This document shows, piece after piece, positions 1 through 10,300 of a DNA stretch of 64,000 nt. Position numbers and translations under genes: made by a program. The DNA comes from a bacterium (GTDB lineage: Archaea > Nanobdellota > Nanobdellia > Pacearchaeales > GW2011-AR1): assembly GCA_036833455.1 (NCBI GenBank), contig DAITPU010000001.1, forward strand, positions 7,549 through 71,548, given 5' to 3'. Position 1 is the stretch's first letter. Each line of letters begins with the position of its first letter. Under the pieces are notes generated by a model. It had not been told where the DNA came from, made no database searches, and saw only the letters and a program-made list of their open reading frames with translations.

Positions 1-2900
1 TGCCGTCGTAGAATCATTCAAATCAAAAGGTAAATTCAAAACAGCCCAAGAGGTTCCATTCAACCTCCAATCTGTAATATTATAAATTAAATCTTCATCT
101 AAATCTGTTGAATTAGAAATATAAACACTCAAATTTTCAAAAGTAGTATTAGTTCCCGAAGAGGAATTTAAAATAACTATTGGAAAAGTTGGAGCGCTAT
201 TAACTTGTTCACCTAAGATAGTCAAATTAGAACTTAAAACTGAAGTTCCTTCCGAAGAAAAATTAGTTGGAGTTACCATTACTGACCAATTTTCTCCAAC
301 TGAAGTTTCTTGCGAAACAATTGTTTCGATTGATTTATTATTTAATCCAGCTTGATAAATAGCACTAATTTGTTCTGCTGAAAGTGCTTCATCAAATATC
401 ATTACTTCATCTATTGAACCATTAAAATAATTACCTGCTGCATTAAATGTAGCAAAAAGTAAATTATTGGTAGATTTCCCGACAGAAAAACTTTTACTTA
501 AAGAAAAAACATTACTTCCATCTAAATAACCTTCCCACTTACTTCCATTATAAGAATAAACTATATGGTGCCAATTTGTATCTGAAAGAGTTATTCCAGA
601 ACCAGTTCGAGGATTATCTCCTGTATAAACCCCAGAATAAAATTCAACTTGATTATTTACATACTCCCAAATTAAAGAATAAACATTATCTGTTCCAGCA
701 TCATTCCTTTTAGATAAAAGATATCTATTAGTTTGACTTAAATCGCTAGGTTTAATCCAAAGTGAAAAAGCAAAATTATTTGTTAAATTTAAAGTTCCAT
801 TATAAGGAACGGTAATATAATCCCCTCCATCAAAATTGTAACATCCTCCCACTTTACAATTTGAACTCCAAGTTGGTTTTGCAGTTGATGAAGCCAGAGT
901 TCCATTATTTCCATAAGTTGAATAATCTTTTGCCGTCGTAGAATCATTCAAATCAAAGGGCATATTCAAAACTGCCCAAGAGGTTCCATTTAATCTCCAA
1001 TCTGTAATAGTTGCATTCGTATCAGTTGAAGAAATATACGCCGTTAAATTTTCATTAGTAGTATTAGTTCCCGAAGAGGAATTTAGAATTACTGAATTTA
1101 TTATTGGATTTCTTACTAAATCCAAAATAGTCAAATTAGAACTTAAAACTGAAGTTCCTTCTAAACTTAAATCTGTGGGAGTGGATCTAACTGACCAATT
1201 TTCTCCAACTGAAGTTTCTTGCGAAACAATTGTTTCGATTGATTGATTATTTAATCCAGCTTGATAAATAGCACTAATTTGTTCTGCTGAAAGTGCTCTA
1301 TTGAAGATCATAAATTCATCAATTCTTCCTTTAAAATATTTTTCACCATTATTAGCTTGATCTGCCGCTCCTATTTGATGGCTTGTATAGGTTCCAGACC
1401 AATCAAGAGTAATATTTCCGATAGTATTATTTGCTACACGAGAACCATTAAAATAAATTTTCATTTCATTTCCATCATAAGTTACCACAAGATGATGCCA
1501 TTGATTAGTTGAAGGGAGAGAAGCCGGATTCCATGCACAAGAATATCTAGTAGTAGAACTATGTAAATCATAATATATCGTGTTTAAACTTCCCCAACTA
1601 CTTATTGCAATACCTCCATCATAATTGTTGTTAGTAAGATGTTGCCCCCCATAAAAACCAGGATAAGTGTTTTGAGACCAATTTGAAGAATTTATCCACA
1701 TCACAATTGAGTGAGGTCCTGTTTGTCTAGCTGAATCTGGAAGAGTTATTTTATCGTTACTTCCATCAAAACTATAACATCCTCCAACCTTACAATTTGA
1801 AACCCAGGTTGCTCCACTTACAGAACCATTATTACTCAATGTAGAATAATCTTTAGTTACACTAGAATTTTCTAAATCAAAGGGCATATTCATCGCTGCC
1901 CAAGAAGCACCGTTTACTCTCCAATCCGTAATCGTTGAATTTGAATTAGTTGAATTTATATATGCGGTTAAATTCTCATTAGTAGTATTAGTTCCCGAAG
2001 AGGAATTTAGAATTACTGAATTAACAGTAGGGATTCCTACAAAATTTTCATAAGGTAAAACATTTCCTGAATTGTAAAGAGTTTGAATTTCCGATAAACT
2101 TAACTCTCTATTCCAAATTGCCCATTCATCATAATCTATATTTATTACGGCCCCCCCTCCAAGCAAACCAAGATTTGCATTAACTGTAGTTGCACCGCTT
2201 GTAGTCCTATTATAAGCTGAAACTGCATTAACATAAAGTTTTACATGGCTTGAACTATTCATTGTAATAACCACATGATACCATGTGTCTGCAGAAAAAT
2301 TTACTGAAGATGAATATTGAACCCAAGTTCCACTTGGCCTATCAGTAACATAAAAAACATAATTAGCTCCATCCAATTTAGTTCCTACAAAAAAGTTTAG
2401 ATTAGCTGCATTATTTGCATATTGCCCCCAAAATGCTCCTGGATTAGAATTATTACTCCTAACCCAAAAACTATGTGTAAAAGCTGAAGTTCTACTCTGT
2501 AATGCCCCTAAAGCAAGTCCTTGGTCATTAGTATTTCTTCCTCTAATTCTTAAAGCATTATTTTCTTTTCCACTAATCCAACTATATGTAAAAATAGCAG
2601 TTCTATTATCTGAAGCATGACTATCATATGCAGTACTTCCACTTGATTCATCTAACTTCCAATAAGAAACTAATCCGTTAGTTAAATTATATGAAGGATC
2701 AACAGCCAAATCACTAACAACTCTACTCTCGTCGGCAAAACTAAAATTCAAAACAGCGTATCCTGCTATATTCATAAATGAACTAAACTCTCCTGTATCC
2801 AAACAAGAATAATTTTCAACAAAAAATTTCAAAGGCTTAACACTTTCATTTATTTCCGAATATTTTAAAATTTCTTCATTTTCAGTAATAATATACAAAT
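1..2900 (-). repeat. In-frame tandem DNA repeats of about 910-930 bp (at least 3 copies) inside the giant surface-protein gene
   Basis: Exact 27-mer tgccgtcgtagaatcattcaaatcaaa occurs at 1 and 931. The 44-mer ttctccaactgaagtttcttgcgaaacaattgtttcgattgatt occurs at 291 and 1201. tattagttcccgaagaggaattta occurs at about 150, 1062 and 1985. Each unit encodes one LamG-like module. Confidence 0.8.
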
Positions 2901-4644
2901 CATCAATTAAATTTTCCTCTCCACACTTCAAATTTAAAAATTCCATTTCATCTTCAGTTTCTAAATTATCCTTAGGAATTTCTTCAAAAAATGCATTAGG
3001 AGAATAAATTGTTAAATTTCCAACTCCAGTAGTATTAAAATAAACTTTCCAAAGATCTCCATCTTTCAAATATTCTAAAGGATTCAAAACAGTTATAGTA
3101 ATTTCAAAAGTTTGATTAGAAAGATGAGGTGCAATCCACTCAACATAATCATAAAGCCCGTTTCCATTTAAATCATAAAACTCGTAACTCTCAATATATT
3201 TCTCTTCTTCCACCCAATAAATCTTAAATTCTGTTCCTTCTCTAAATTCTAATTCTTTTGAAATTTCTGCAAAAACTAAAACATTTTCATAATGAATATT
3301 TTCCGGTCCAACAATTTTTACAATTTTTCCTTTAGAAGTTTCTTCTTCCAAAGAATAAGGAGCAGGAGTTTCATATTCAATAACAACTAATTCTTTAGTA
3401 TTGTCAAGAACTAACTCCAAAGAGTTCTCTCTTTCCAAAATTTCAAATTCTTCTCCGACAGAAAAACCCGTAAAAACAAAAATCTTAGAAAAGAAATTTT
3501 TAATTCCCTCAAAAAAACCCTCTCCAGATTCAGAAATAGAATATCCCGTTAAAAAACTTCTAGAAGTTTCACCTTTTTCTCTAAACATTTCTTGATTATA
3601 ATCTTCTAACTTGTCTTCTATCTTTTCTGCCTTCGTTCCAGTTTTAATTTCAATTTTTTCAGAGTTAATAGGAATTTCAACTTTAACTTTTGTAGAATTT
3701 ATTTCCTCTAAATTTATTTTTTTAACCCAACGAACAGGTTTTCCTAAAACAATATTTGAATTAAGAGTTTCAATACTTTCATTATTCAGACCAAAAATTT
3801 CTTCTTCCAAAAGAGTTTCATTTAATTCAGATTCATTTAAGTTTTCATCTAATTCAGTTTGATTTAAACTTTCATTAAGTTCGGTTTCATTTAGTTGAAA
3901 TTCTTCTAAAGTTTGATTTACTTCAGTTTGATTTAAATTTTCTTGAAAAGAACTTCCCCCAGAACTAAAATCAAAGTTATTTTCTGTTTCCTCTAAAGGT
4001 TTTTCAGGAATAAACTCTGAATCATTAATTGAAATATTTTCAAGAATCTCAATTTCTCCAGAATCATTTAAAATTTCATCTTCAAATCCACTCTCTTTCA
4101 TTTCTTGGTTATCTTCAGTAATATCTCCTTCTACTTTTTCTTGAGTACTCTCTCCTTCTACTCCTTGAAAAACTTCCTCAGAATCTTCCTCAGAAATTTG
4201 TTCTTCTAAGTCAAGATTAGGGTTTTCATCAGAAACTTCATCTGAAGTAATCTCTTCTTCTACATTCCCTTCTTCTGAATTAGAAAAAGATTCATCTGTT
4301 AAACTCTTACTTCCGGTAGATATCTCCCTTTCAGAAGAAACTCCTTCTGAATCTTCTACCATAAAACCAGTTAAAGAAGAATAACTTTTAGAAATAGAAT
4401 CAAAAATTTTTTCAAATCCCAATTTTTCTTTATCAAAAGAATTTTCTCCGTAAGAAATAAAAGAAAAAACTCCTAAAATCAGGATTACACTACATAAAAA
4501 AATTAAAAAGAAGGGAGTTTTTTTCTTGGGTTTATAATCTTTTAAATATTTAGAAACAATATTCCCCTCTGAATCTCTATAGCTTTCATAATAGTATGGT
4601 CCAAAAACTTTATCTCCTCTTTTAATATACCTTTTATACACCAT
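1..4644 (-). CDS. Giant secreted or surface protein, 3'-partial (more than 1540 aa in window). It has an N-terminal TM anchor, an acidic NETELNE-type low-complexity linker and at least 3 tandem LamG/concanavalin-like jelly-roll modules.
   Basis: Manual reverse-complement translation from ATG at 4644 (MVYKRYIKRGDKVFGPYYYESYRDSEGNIVSKYLKDYKPKKKTPFFLIFLCSVILILGVFSF...) reads without stops to the window start. Repeated modules contain W..HHLVVTYDGNEMKIYFNG...IDEFMIFNRALSAEQISAIYQAG, typical of the Laminin_G_3 / concanavalin-like fold. It is not in the ORF track because it runs off the edge. Confidence 0.75.
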   Translation of the reverse strand, partial: MVYKRYIKRGDKVFGPYYYESYRDSEGNIVSKYLKDYKPKKKTPFFLIFLCSVILILGVFSFISYGENSFDKEKLGFEKIFDSISKSYSSLTGFMVEDSEGVSSEREISTGSKSLTDESFSNSEEGNVEEEITSDEVSDENPNLDLEEQISEEDSEEVFQGVEGESTQEKVEGDITEDNQEMKESGFEDEILNDSGEIEILENISINDSEFIPEKPLEETENNFDFSSGGSSFQENLNQTEVNQTLEEFQLNETELNESLNQTELDENLNESELNETLLEEEIFGLNNESIETLNSNIVLGKPVRWVKKINLEEINSTKVKVEIPINSEKIEIKTGTKAEKIEDKLEDYNQEMFREKGETSRSFLTGYSISESGEGFFEGIKNFFSKIFVFTGFSVGEEFEILERENSLELVLDNTKELVVIEYETPAPYSLEEETSKGKIVKIVGPENIHYENVLVFAEISKELEFREGTEFKIYWVEEEKYIESYEFYDLNGNGLYDYVEWIAPHLSNQTFEITITVLNPLEYLKDGDLWKVYFNTTGVGNLTIYSPNAFFEEIPKDNLETEDEMEFLNLKCGEENLIDDLYIITENEEILKYSEINESVKPLKFFVENYSCLDTGEFSSFMNIAGYAVLNFSFADESRVVSDLAVDPSYNLTNGLVSYWKLDESSGSTAYDSHASDNRTAIFTYSWISGKENNALRIRGRNTNDQGLALGALQSRTSAFTHSFWVRSNNSNPGAFWGQYANNAANLNFFVGTKLDGANYVFYVTDRPSGTWVQYSSSVNFSADTWYHVVITMNSSSHVKLYVNAVSAYNRTTSGATTVNANLGLLGGGAVINIDYDEWAIWNRELSLSEIQTLYNSGNVLPYENFVGIPTVNSVILNSSSGTNTTNENLTAYINSTNSNSTITDWRVNGASWAAMNMPFDLENSSVTKDYSTLSNNGSVSGATWVSNCKVGGCYSFDGSNDKITLPDSARQTGPHSIVMWINSSNWSQNTYPGFYGGQHLTNNNYDGGIAISSWGSLNTIYYDLHSSTTRYSCAWNPASLPSTNQWHHLVVTYDGNEMKIYFNGSRVANNTIGNITLDWSGTYTSHQIGAADQANNGEKYFKGRIDEFMIFNRALSAEQISAIYQAGLNNQSIETIVSQETSVGENWSVRSTPTDLSLEGTSVLSSNLTILDLVRNPIINSVILNSSSGTNTTNENLTAYISSTDTNATITDWRLNGTSWAVLNMPFDLNDSTTAKDYSTYGNNGTLASSTAKPTWSSNCKVGGCYNFDGGDYITVPYNGTLNLTNNFAFSLWIKPSDLSQTNRYLLSKRNDAGTDNVYSLIWEYVNNQVEFYSGVYTGDNPRTGSGITLSDTNWHHIVYSYNGSKWEGYLDGSNVFSLSKSFSVGKSTNNLLFATFNAAGNYFNGSIDEVMIFDEALSAEQISAIYQAGLNNKSIETIVSQETSVGENWSVMVTPTNFSSEGTSVLSSNLTILGEQVNSAPTFPIVILNSSSGTNTTFENLSVYISNSTDLDEDLIYNITDWRLNGTSWAVLNLPFDLNDSTTA

Positions 4645-4719
4645 CTTTTTTCAAATAAATTAAGAAAAATGTATATTTAAACCTTATTCTTGTAGTGTAA
4701 TTACTTTATTGAAGATAAA

Positions 4720-5904
4720 TCACCTTGTAATAATTTCTAAAGAATCCCTATGTTTTAAAAGATAATCTTTGCCTAAGGCCATTTTTGTTTTTGCATTAAT
4801 TGCTTTTATAAAATTTTTACCAAAATCAGTGTGTAAAAAATAAGCAAAATCTAAAGCAGTCGAACCTTTTGGAAGTAAAAAACAATCTGGGAGTATATTC
4901 CCTTTTGAATCTCCCAATTTATTTGCAGAACCCGGAAAAATAGCCAAATAACCTAATAAATCAAAAACAACCCTATTCAAAATTTCCTGGATTCCTGTTC
5001 CAAATTCATACTTCTCTAAAACATCTCCTTTTATTTTATTTAATGCTTCTACTTGTTTTTCTCCTAAATCTTTCAAAACTTTAAACGCTCTTTCACCAGG
5101 AATATAATCTATTAAACCCGCCTTAGATGCTTGTCTAAGTGCAAGTTCAGAATCTGCAGAACAAGGAATAAAAATTAAATGAGGAAATTCTTTAATCACT
5201 CTTTCATAATTTTCTCTTCCAGAGGCAATATCTATTTTATTTGCAGCAACAATCATTGGTTTAGAAATATGCCTTAACTCCGTTGAAAAAACCTTTAATT
5301 GGTTTTCATTCCAATTAGAGCATCTTGGGGGAAGATTTAACTTTGAAAGAACTGCTTTAACTTGTTCTTCATTAACTTTTAAACCCGAAAATTGTCTTGC
5401 AATAGCTTCTGAAAGTTTTTGCCCTTCCATATCTACTTTTCTTGAAAAACCCGGCCAAACTTTCATTAAAATATTGTAATACCAATTAGTCAATTCTTCT
5501 TCTAAAAATTTAACATCTTCTGAAGGATTATGATTTTCAGTAGGTTTTCCTTCTAAATCTGTAGTTCCAGAAATATCTACAATATGTATAAAAGCGTCCG
5601 CTTGTCGAAGATCATCTAAAAATTTATTTCCTAATCCTTTTCCTTCCGAAGCCCCGGGAACTAATCCCGCAACATCCATTAAATCCACTGGAACAAATCT
5701 ATTTGAATTTAAACAAAATCCATGATTAGGATTGCACTTAACTCCAAAATCTTTATCGATGCATTCAACTTTAACATAACCAACACCATGGTTTGCTTTT
5801 ATAGTTGTAAAAGGATAAGAAGCAATTTCAACTTCTGCTAAAGTGGCTGCTTTAAAAAAAGTGCTCTTTCCAACTGAAGGTTTTCCAACTAATCCTAATA
5901 ACAT
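4720..5904 (-). CDS. OBG/HflX-superfamily GTPase (YchF/DRG-like) with a C-terminal TGS domain
   Basis: G1 GKPSVGKST is at the N-terminus and G4 is NKID. There is a large insertion between G3 and G4. The C-terminal TGS-like segment reads GSTALDFAYFLHTDFGKNFIKA. Confidence 0.7.
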   Translation of the reverse strand: MLLGLVGKPSVGKSTFFKAATLAEVEIASYPFTTIKANHGVGYVKVECIDKDFGVKCNPNHGFCLNSNRFVPVDLMDVAGLVPGASEGKGLGNKFLDDLRQADAFIHIVDISGTTDLEGKPTENHNPSEDVKFLEEELTNWYYNILMKVWPGFSRKVDMEGQKLSEAIARQFSGLKVNEEQVKAVLSKLNLPPRCSNWNENQLKVFSTELRHISKPMIVAANKIDIASGRENYERVIKEFPHLIFIPCSADSELALRQASKAGLIDYIPGERAFKVLKDLGEKQVEALNKIKGDVLEKYEFGTGIQEILNRVVFDLLGYLAIFPGSANKLGDSKGNILPDCFLLPKGSTALDFAYFLHTDFGKNFIKAINAKTKMALGKDYLLKHRDSLEIITR

Positions 5905-5941
5905 AAAAACAAAATAAAAACATAATTTAAAACCATTTCTA

Positions 5942-7387
5942 TTAATCTAATTTAGGAATTTCTATAGAATCCCGTGAAATCTTACGGGCAACCGCAGCTT
6001 TTTTGATTTGCTCTTCCTTCTTTTTATTAAAAATTATTATTGGTCTATTGAATTTTGAATAATGTAATTTCCAAATTACATAAAATAAGATTAGAGAGAG
6101 AAGTAAAACGACAATTATCCAAGATAAAAGAGAAACAACTTCTACAGCAAAAGTATCATAACTACTTGCAGTTACATTTCCTGGAGCTAAAATACGAGTA
6201 TAGAAAAGATAATTCCCAATAGGAATATCCTTAGGCACATCTATATAAAAGACCCCATTATGAGTTCTATTTATTGCAAAATCTTCTTTTTTAATAGTAT
6301 ATTCTTTACCCTCAAAATCTACAATTTTATAAATAAACTCTATATCAAAATTTCTAAGTTCTCCCATATTAATCATGCTAACTTGTGCACGAACTCTTCC
6401 TCCGGGATTTATATATTTTTTAATAACTTCTGTTCTTATATCAAATAAAGCTCCTCTATCTTTAACATCCAAAATAATTCTTACTTGTTGTTCAAAATCT
6501 TCAGATTTGAATAAAATGTATCCAACATAAACATCAGCATAAACTCTATTAGAAATATAAATATCTAAATTTAAAGTTACATTTTCTCCTGGATAAACAA
6601 GTACATTTTTAGATTCCGGAAAAACAAAATCACTAACTCCGAAAACATAATTTTGAATTTCAAAAGAACTTGAACCATTATTTACAATAGTTAATTCTTT
6701 TTTAAAATAAGTTCCTTTATCCATCTTAAATGGAATAAAATCTGGGACAAGATAGAATGTTTTTTGTGAAGGAACGACTCCCGGAGGAGAATCCCCTCCA
6801 CCACCGCCCCCTCCTCCTGAAGGAGGAGTTGGAGGAGTTACTGAACAATCTGCAGGACAAGATGCAGCGGTTTCTCCAGGTTCACAAACTCCATTTCCAC
6901 ATACATAAACAGGAGGATCATATATTTCAACTACACTTGAATTAACCCAGTCAGAAAAAGAACTTCCAGAATAAAACTGAACAGAACATTTCCAAGCATT
7001 TCCCGAAGATAAATTTCCATTTCCTAAAACACTTGAAAAAGTACTTCCATTAACATAATTGTTACTAAAATTTTGACTAAAATTAAGAATATCCCATTTA
7101 TACCAACGAACTGAAACATTAACTTTAGTTTTAGAAGAATCAGAAATAAATGCGGAACAACTTAAATCTATATTTGATTTATTTGAACCATCTAAAGAAA
7201 CTAAATTCACATTTAAAGGATCACTTAATTTTGAAATCAAGCCTAAATCAAAAAAAAATCCTTCTATATTTGATCCAGGATTTATTATTAAATTATTATC
7301 TCCTCCTGAATTTATAGAGATTATATCTGCAGAAACAATTGAAAAAAAAATTAAAGAAAATATCCAAAAATAAAGAAATCTTTTCAT
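5942..7387 (-). CDS. Secreted surface protein with signal peptide, Cys motif CGNGVCEPGETAASCPADC, a poly-Gly/Pro linker, CARDB-like beta domains, and a C-terminal TM anchor with a basic tail
   Basis: The N-terminus is hydrophobic. It has GGGGGGGG and a PTPP linker. The C-terminus reads LLSWIIVVLLLSLILFYVIWKL followed by KKKEEQIKK. It forms an operon-like tandem with the two downstream genes. Confidence 0.5.
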   Translation of the reverse strand: MKRFLYFWIFSLIFFSIVSADIISINSGGDNNLIINPGSNIEGFFFDLGLISKLSDPLNVNLVSLDGSNKSNIDLSCSAFISDSSKTKVNVSVRWYKWDILNFSQNFSNNYVNGSTFSSVLGNGNLSSGNAWKCSVQFYSGSSFSDWVNSSVVEIYDPPVYVCGNGVCEPGETAASCPADCSVTPPTPPSGGGGGGGGDSPPGVVPSQKTFYLVPDFIPFKMDKGTYFKKELTIVNNGSSSFEIQNYVFGVSDFVFPESKNVLVYPGENVTLNLDIYISNRVYADVYVGYILFKSEDFEQQVRIILDVKDRGALFDIRTEVIKKYINPGGRVRAQVSMINMGELRNFDIEFIYKIVDFEGKEYTIKKEDFAINRTHNGVFYIDVPKDIPIGNYLFYTRILAPGNVTASSYDTFAVEVVSLLSWIIVVLLLSLILFYVIWKLHYSKFNRPIIIFNKKKEEQIKKAAVARKISRDSIEIPKLD

Positions 7388-7388
7388 T

Positions 7389-10300
7389 TTAACTTATTTT
7401 GATTTTTCCTCCGGAAGCTATATATAAAATTGAATCGATAGGGGGATATCCCATATTTTTTGTGTAAATAGTTGAATTGATCGTACAATTTCCTATTCCA
7501 GAAAAAAATAATTTATTCAAACCTAAATTCGTATTTAATGAAATTATACAAAAGTCCCCCATAGAAATATTCCAATCTCCAGAACCAGAATAAATACAAC
7601 TATCAAAGGAAAGTATTCTTTTTGTAGAACTATTAACCCAAGAAGAATTATAAGTTCCGTCGGAAGCTAAACAACTAAGAATCCAATCTTGACCTGCAGA
7701 AGTATTTTCACTAGATATATTTGCAACATTAACTTCAAAACTTTCAGAATATTCTCCAATATTTCCACTTAGATTTTCAATTCCATCCACATACCATTTA
7801 TAATGGTAGGTTAAATTCTGTTTTTCTATATCTGTCGCGTTACAATACCCTCTAAGAGTATCATTATAGTAAGAAAAAAGAGGTAAAATTAAAGAAGAAA
7901 CGATAAACGGATTTGGAGAATTTATCAAAACAGAATTTGATTGAACTCTATAATTATTATCAAAATCTTCATTAGTGGGAGTAACTCCGGCAATCCAAGT
8001 TTCACCTGGGGAAGTGTGAACATTCTCCAATATATCTAAATCTTTTGCTCCCATCCCGTACCAATATAATCTTTCAATTTCTGAAGGAGTTAAAGTCAAA
8101 TTATAAATTACAAATTCATCTAATTGACCAATAAAATACCCCCATCCTCCTGCATCTCCTCCTAAAGTCAAACTTGAAGAAGGGATTGTTCCCACCCAAC
8201 CAGATTCAACTGCCGAATTTTCTTGAACTCCATCTACATAAAGAGTAAAATTATTTTCTGGTTTATCATAAGTTAAGAGAGCATGATGCCAGTTTGTTAT
8301 TGAAGATCCATTACCATTAACTTGACTTGTATTTACTAAACTTGTTCCTAATAAACTAAATCTATCTGAAATTATAAATCTTATTTTTCCAGAACTAATT
8401 TCAAAATGAAATCCATCATATCCTCCATCATCACAAACTCCTTCCTCACACATTGCAAGAATTGTTCCAGAATCAGAATAGGTATTTATCCAAAAAGATA
8501 AACTAAAACTCTGGGCATACAAATCGAAATCATTCATAGTTGTATTTATGTAATCATTTCCATCAAAACTATAAGCTCCTCCAACCTTTCCTTCCTTAAC
8601 CCAAGTCGCTCCGTGTATACTTCCGTCGTATCCATTAAATCCATAATCCTTAACTGAAGAAGAATCATTCTTGTTAAAAGCGTATTTTATTATCTCAACA
8701 CCTCTTCCAGAGTTATCCCAATCACTAACATAAGAAACAGCATTTTCAGGATAACACTGACCAACTGAAGAACTTGTGTTTCCCGTATAAAAATTTGAAA
8801 TTTTAAGTGCATCAGTAGCAGAAATATTTCCACTATTATCCCAATCTCCGCAACATAAATGAACATTTTCATCATAACAAGATATTATTTCAACAAAAAT
8901 AGCTTGTGCTAAAAAAGAATCTTCACTATCTATCTTTCCATCTCCATTCAAATCTCCTTTCAACTGACCAGGACGACAAACAACTTCACAACTTGAACTA
9001 TCAGCATCTTCCAAATAATCAAAATGTAAAGTTAAATTATCCGTAGTAAAGTTGTAAGAGCTCGTAGTGTTTAAATAAGGAACTAAAGGGAAATAAATTC
9101 CTTTAACAGAACTATTCAACCAAGAAGAATTATCTTCTCCATCATATGCTAAACAACTTAAAATCCAGTTTTCACCTGAAGTTGTTAAAGAGCTAGAGAT
9201 ATTTGCAACATTTATCTCGGCTCCAGAAGCATGACCTCCCGCCGTAACTCCTGAACTATTTAAAACATTATTCTTATACCAAGAATAGTAATAAGTTAGC
9301 GTATCTCCATCGGCATCGGTTGCATTACAATATCCTTTAAGAGTATCAGAAGAATATCTTATCGAAGGTAAAATATTTGATTCAATAATAATTGGAGGTA
9401 CATTGCTTATAGTTAAAACAGAACTATTAACCCAAGAAGAATTTTCTAAAAAATCAGAAGCGAGGCAACTTAAAGTCCAATTCTCTTCTTTTGATGTGAT
9501 TGAACTTGAAACATTTGCAACATTTATTTCAGCTCCCGAAGAATAATTTCCTTCTTTTTTACCAGAAAGATTCAAACTTCCATTTTTATACCAAAGATAA
9601 TAATAGGTTAAATTATTATCCTCTAAATCACTTGCATTACAATATCCTTTAAGAGTATCATTCGTATAAGCTACGGAAGGAAATATTGTAGAATTTTCCA
9701 TCTCTGGAGCATTATTATAAATAAAAGGGTATGTGAGAGGATCCCCTTCATTCCAGATAAGTTCAAACTCTTCAAAATCCATAGAATAATTATCATAAAT
9801 TCCAAAATAATCTATCTTTGAACCATTTAACGAATAATCTTGTTCTGAAATTTCTTGATCTGGATTATTTATTCTTAACCCTATATGGTTTTTATAATTA
9901 GAATAATTTAAGGAATTATTCCCATTGTATTCCTGAGTTTCATTTAAAACATTTTCTTCATTAGCAATAAAAATTTTTCCAACCCCATAATCATCTCCAT
10001 AAGCTTCTCTAGAAAATCCAATTAGATTCCAAGTTCCCAATTGAACAGAATTTGTAGAAGTATAAATTCCGCTTTCCGGACCATCTGGATAAACTGCAGA
10101 TGAATTACCGCTGACTAACCTACCAGAAATAGTTCTATCTGTATTAATCCATAATCCAAAACCTACATTTAAAGAATCTTCTCCCTCTGAATTAAAACCA
10201 TCATCCAAAATCCAAATTTCTTTATCTAAAGATTCTGGAACATAAACCAAAGCTAAGTAACTAAAATGGGTTCCGGACATGACCCAAAAATTTTCTTGAC

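Noticed and set aside
3401-3862. Plus-strand ORFs 3401..3595 and 3611..3862
   Set aside because: They lie entirely inside the long uninterrupted minus-strand giant surface-protein frame. They are low-complexity translations of the antisense of an E/N/S-rich region.
6790-6830. Poly-G/C tract (ccaccaccgccccctcctcc) as a possible repeat or CRISPR-like element
   Set aside because: It encodes the GGGGGGGG/PP linker of the surface protein. There is no spacer-repeat periodicity, and no CRISPR array exists anywhere in the window.
6260-6945. Short plus-strand ORFs 6260..6448 and 6757..6945
   Set aside because: They are antisense to the 481-aa surface-protein gene and AT-rich low complexity with no features. 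The same reasoning applies to 8690..8875, 11567..11749, 14250..14632, 14993..15223, 16844..17035, 21796..22334, 23215..23814, 26436..26873, 35475..35660, 36253..37332, 37659..37904, 39024..39954, 50635..51186, 53402..53584, 54276..54686, 55800..56444 and 56816..57016, all embedded in stronger genes.
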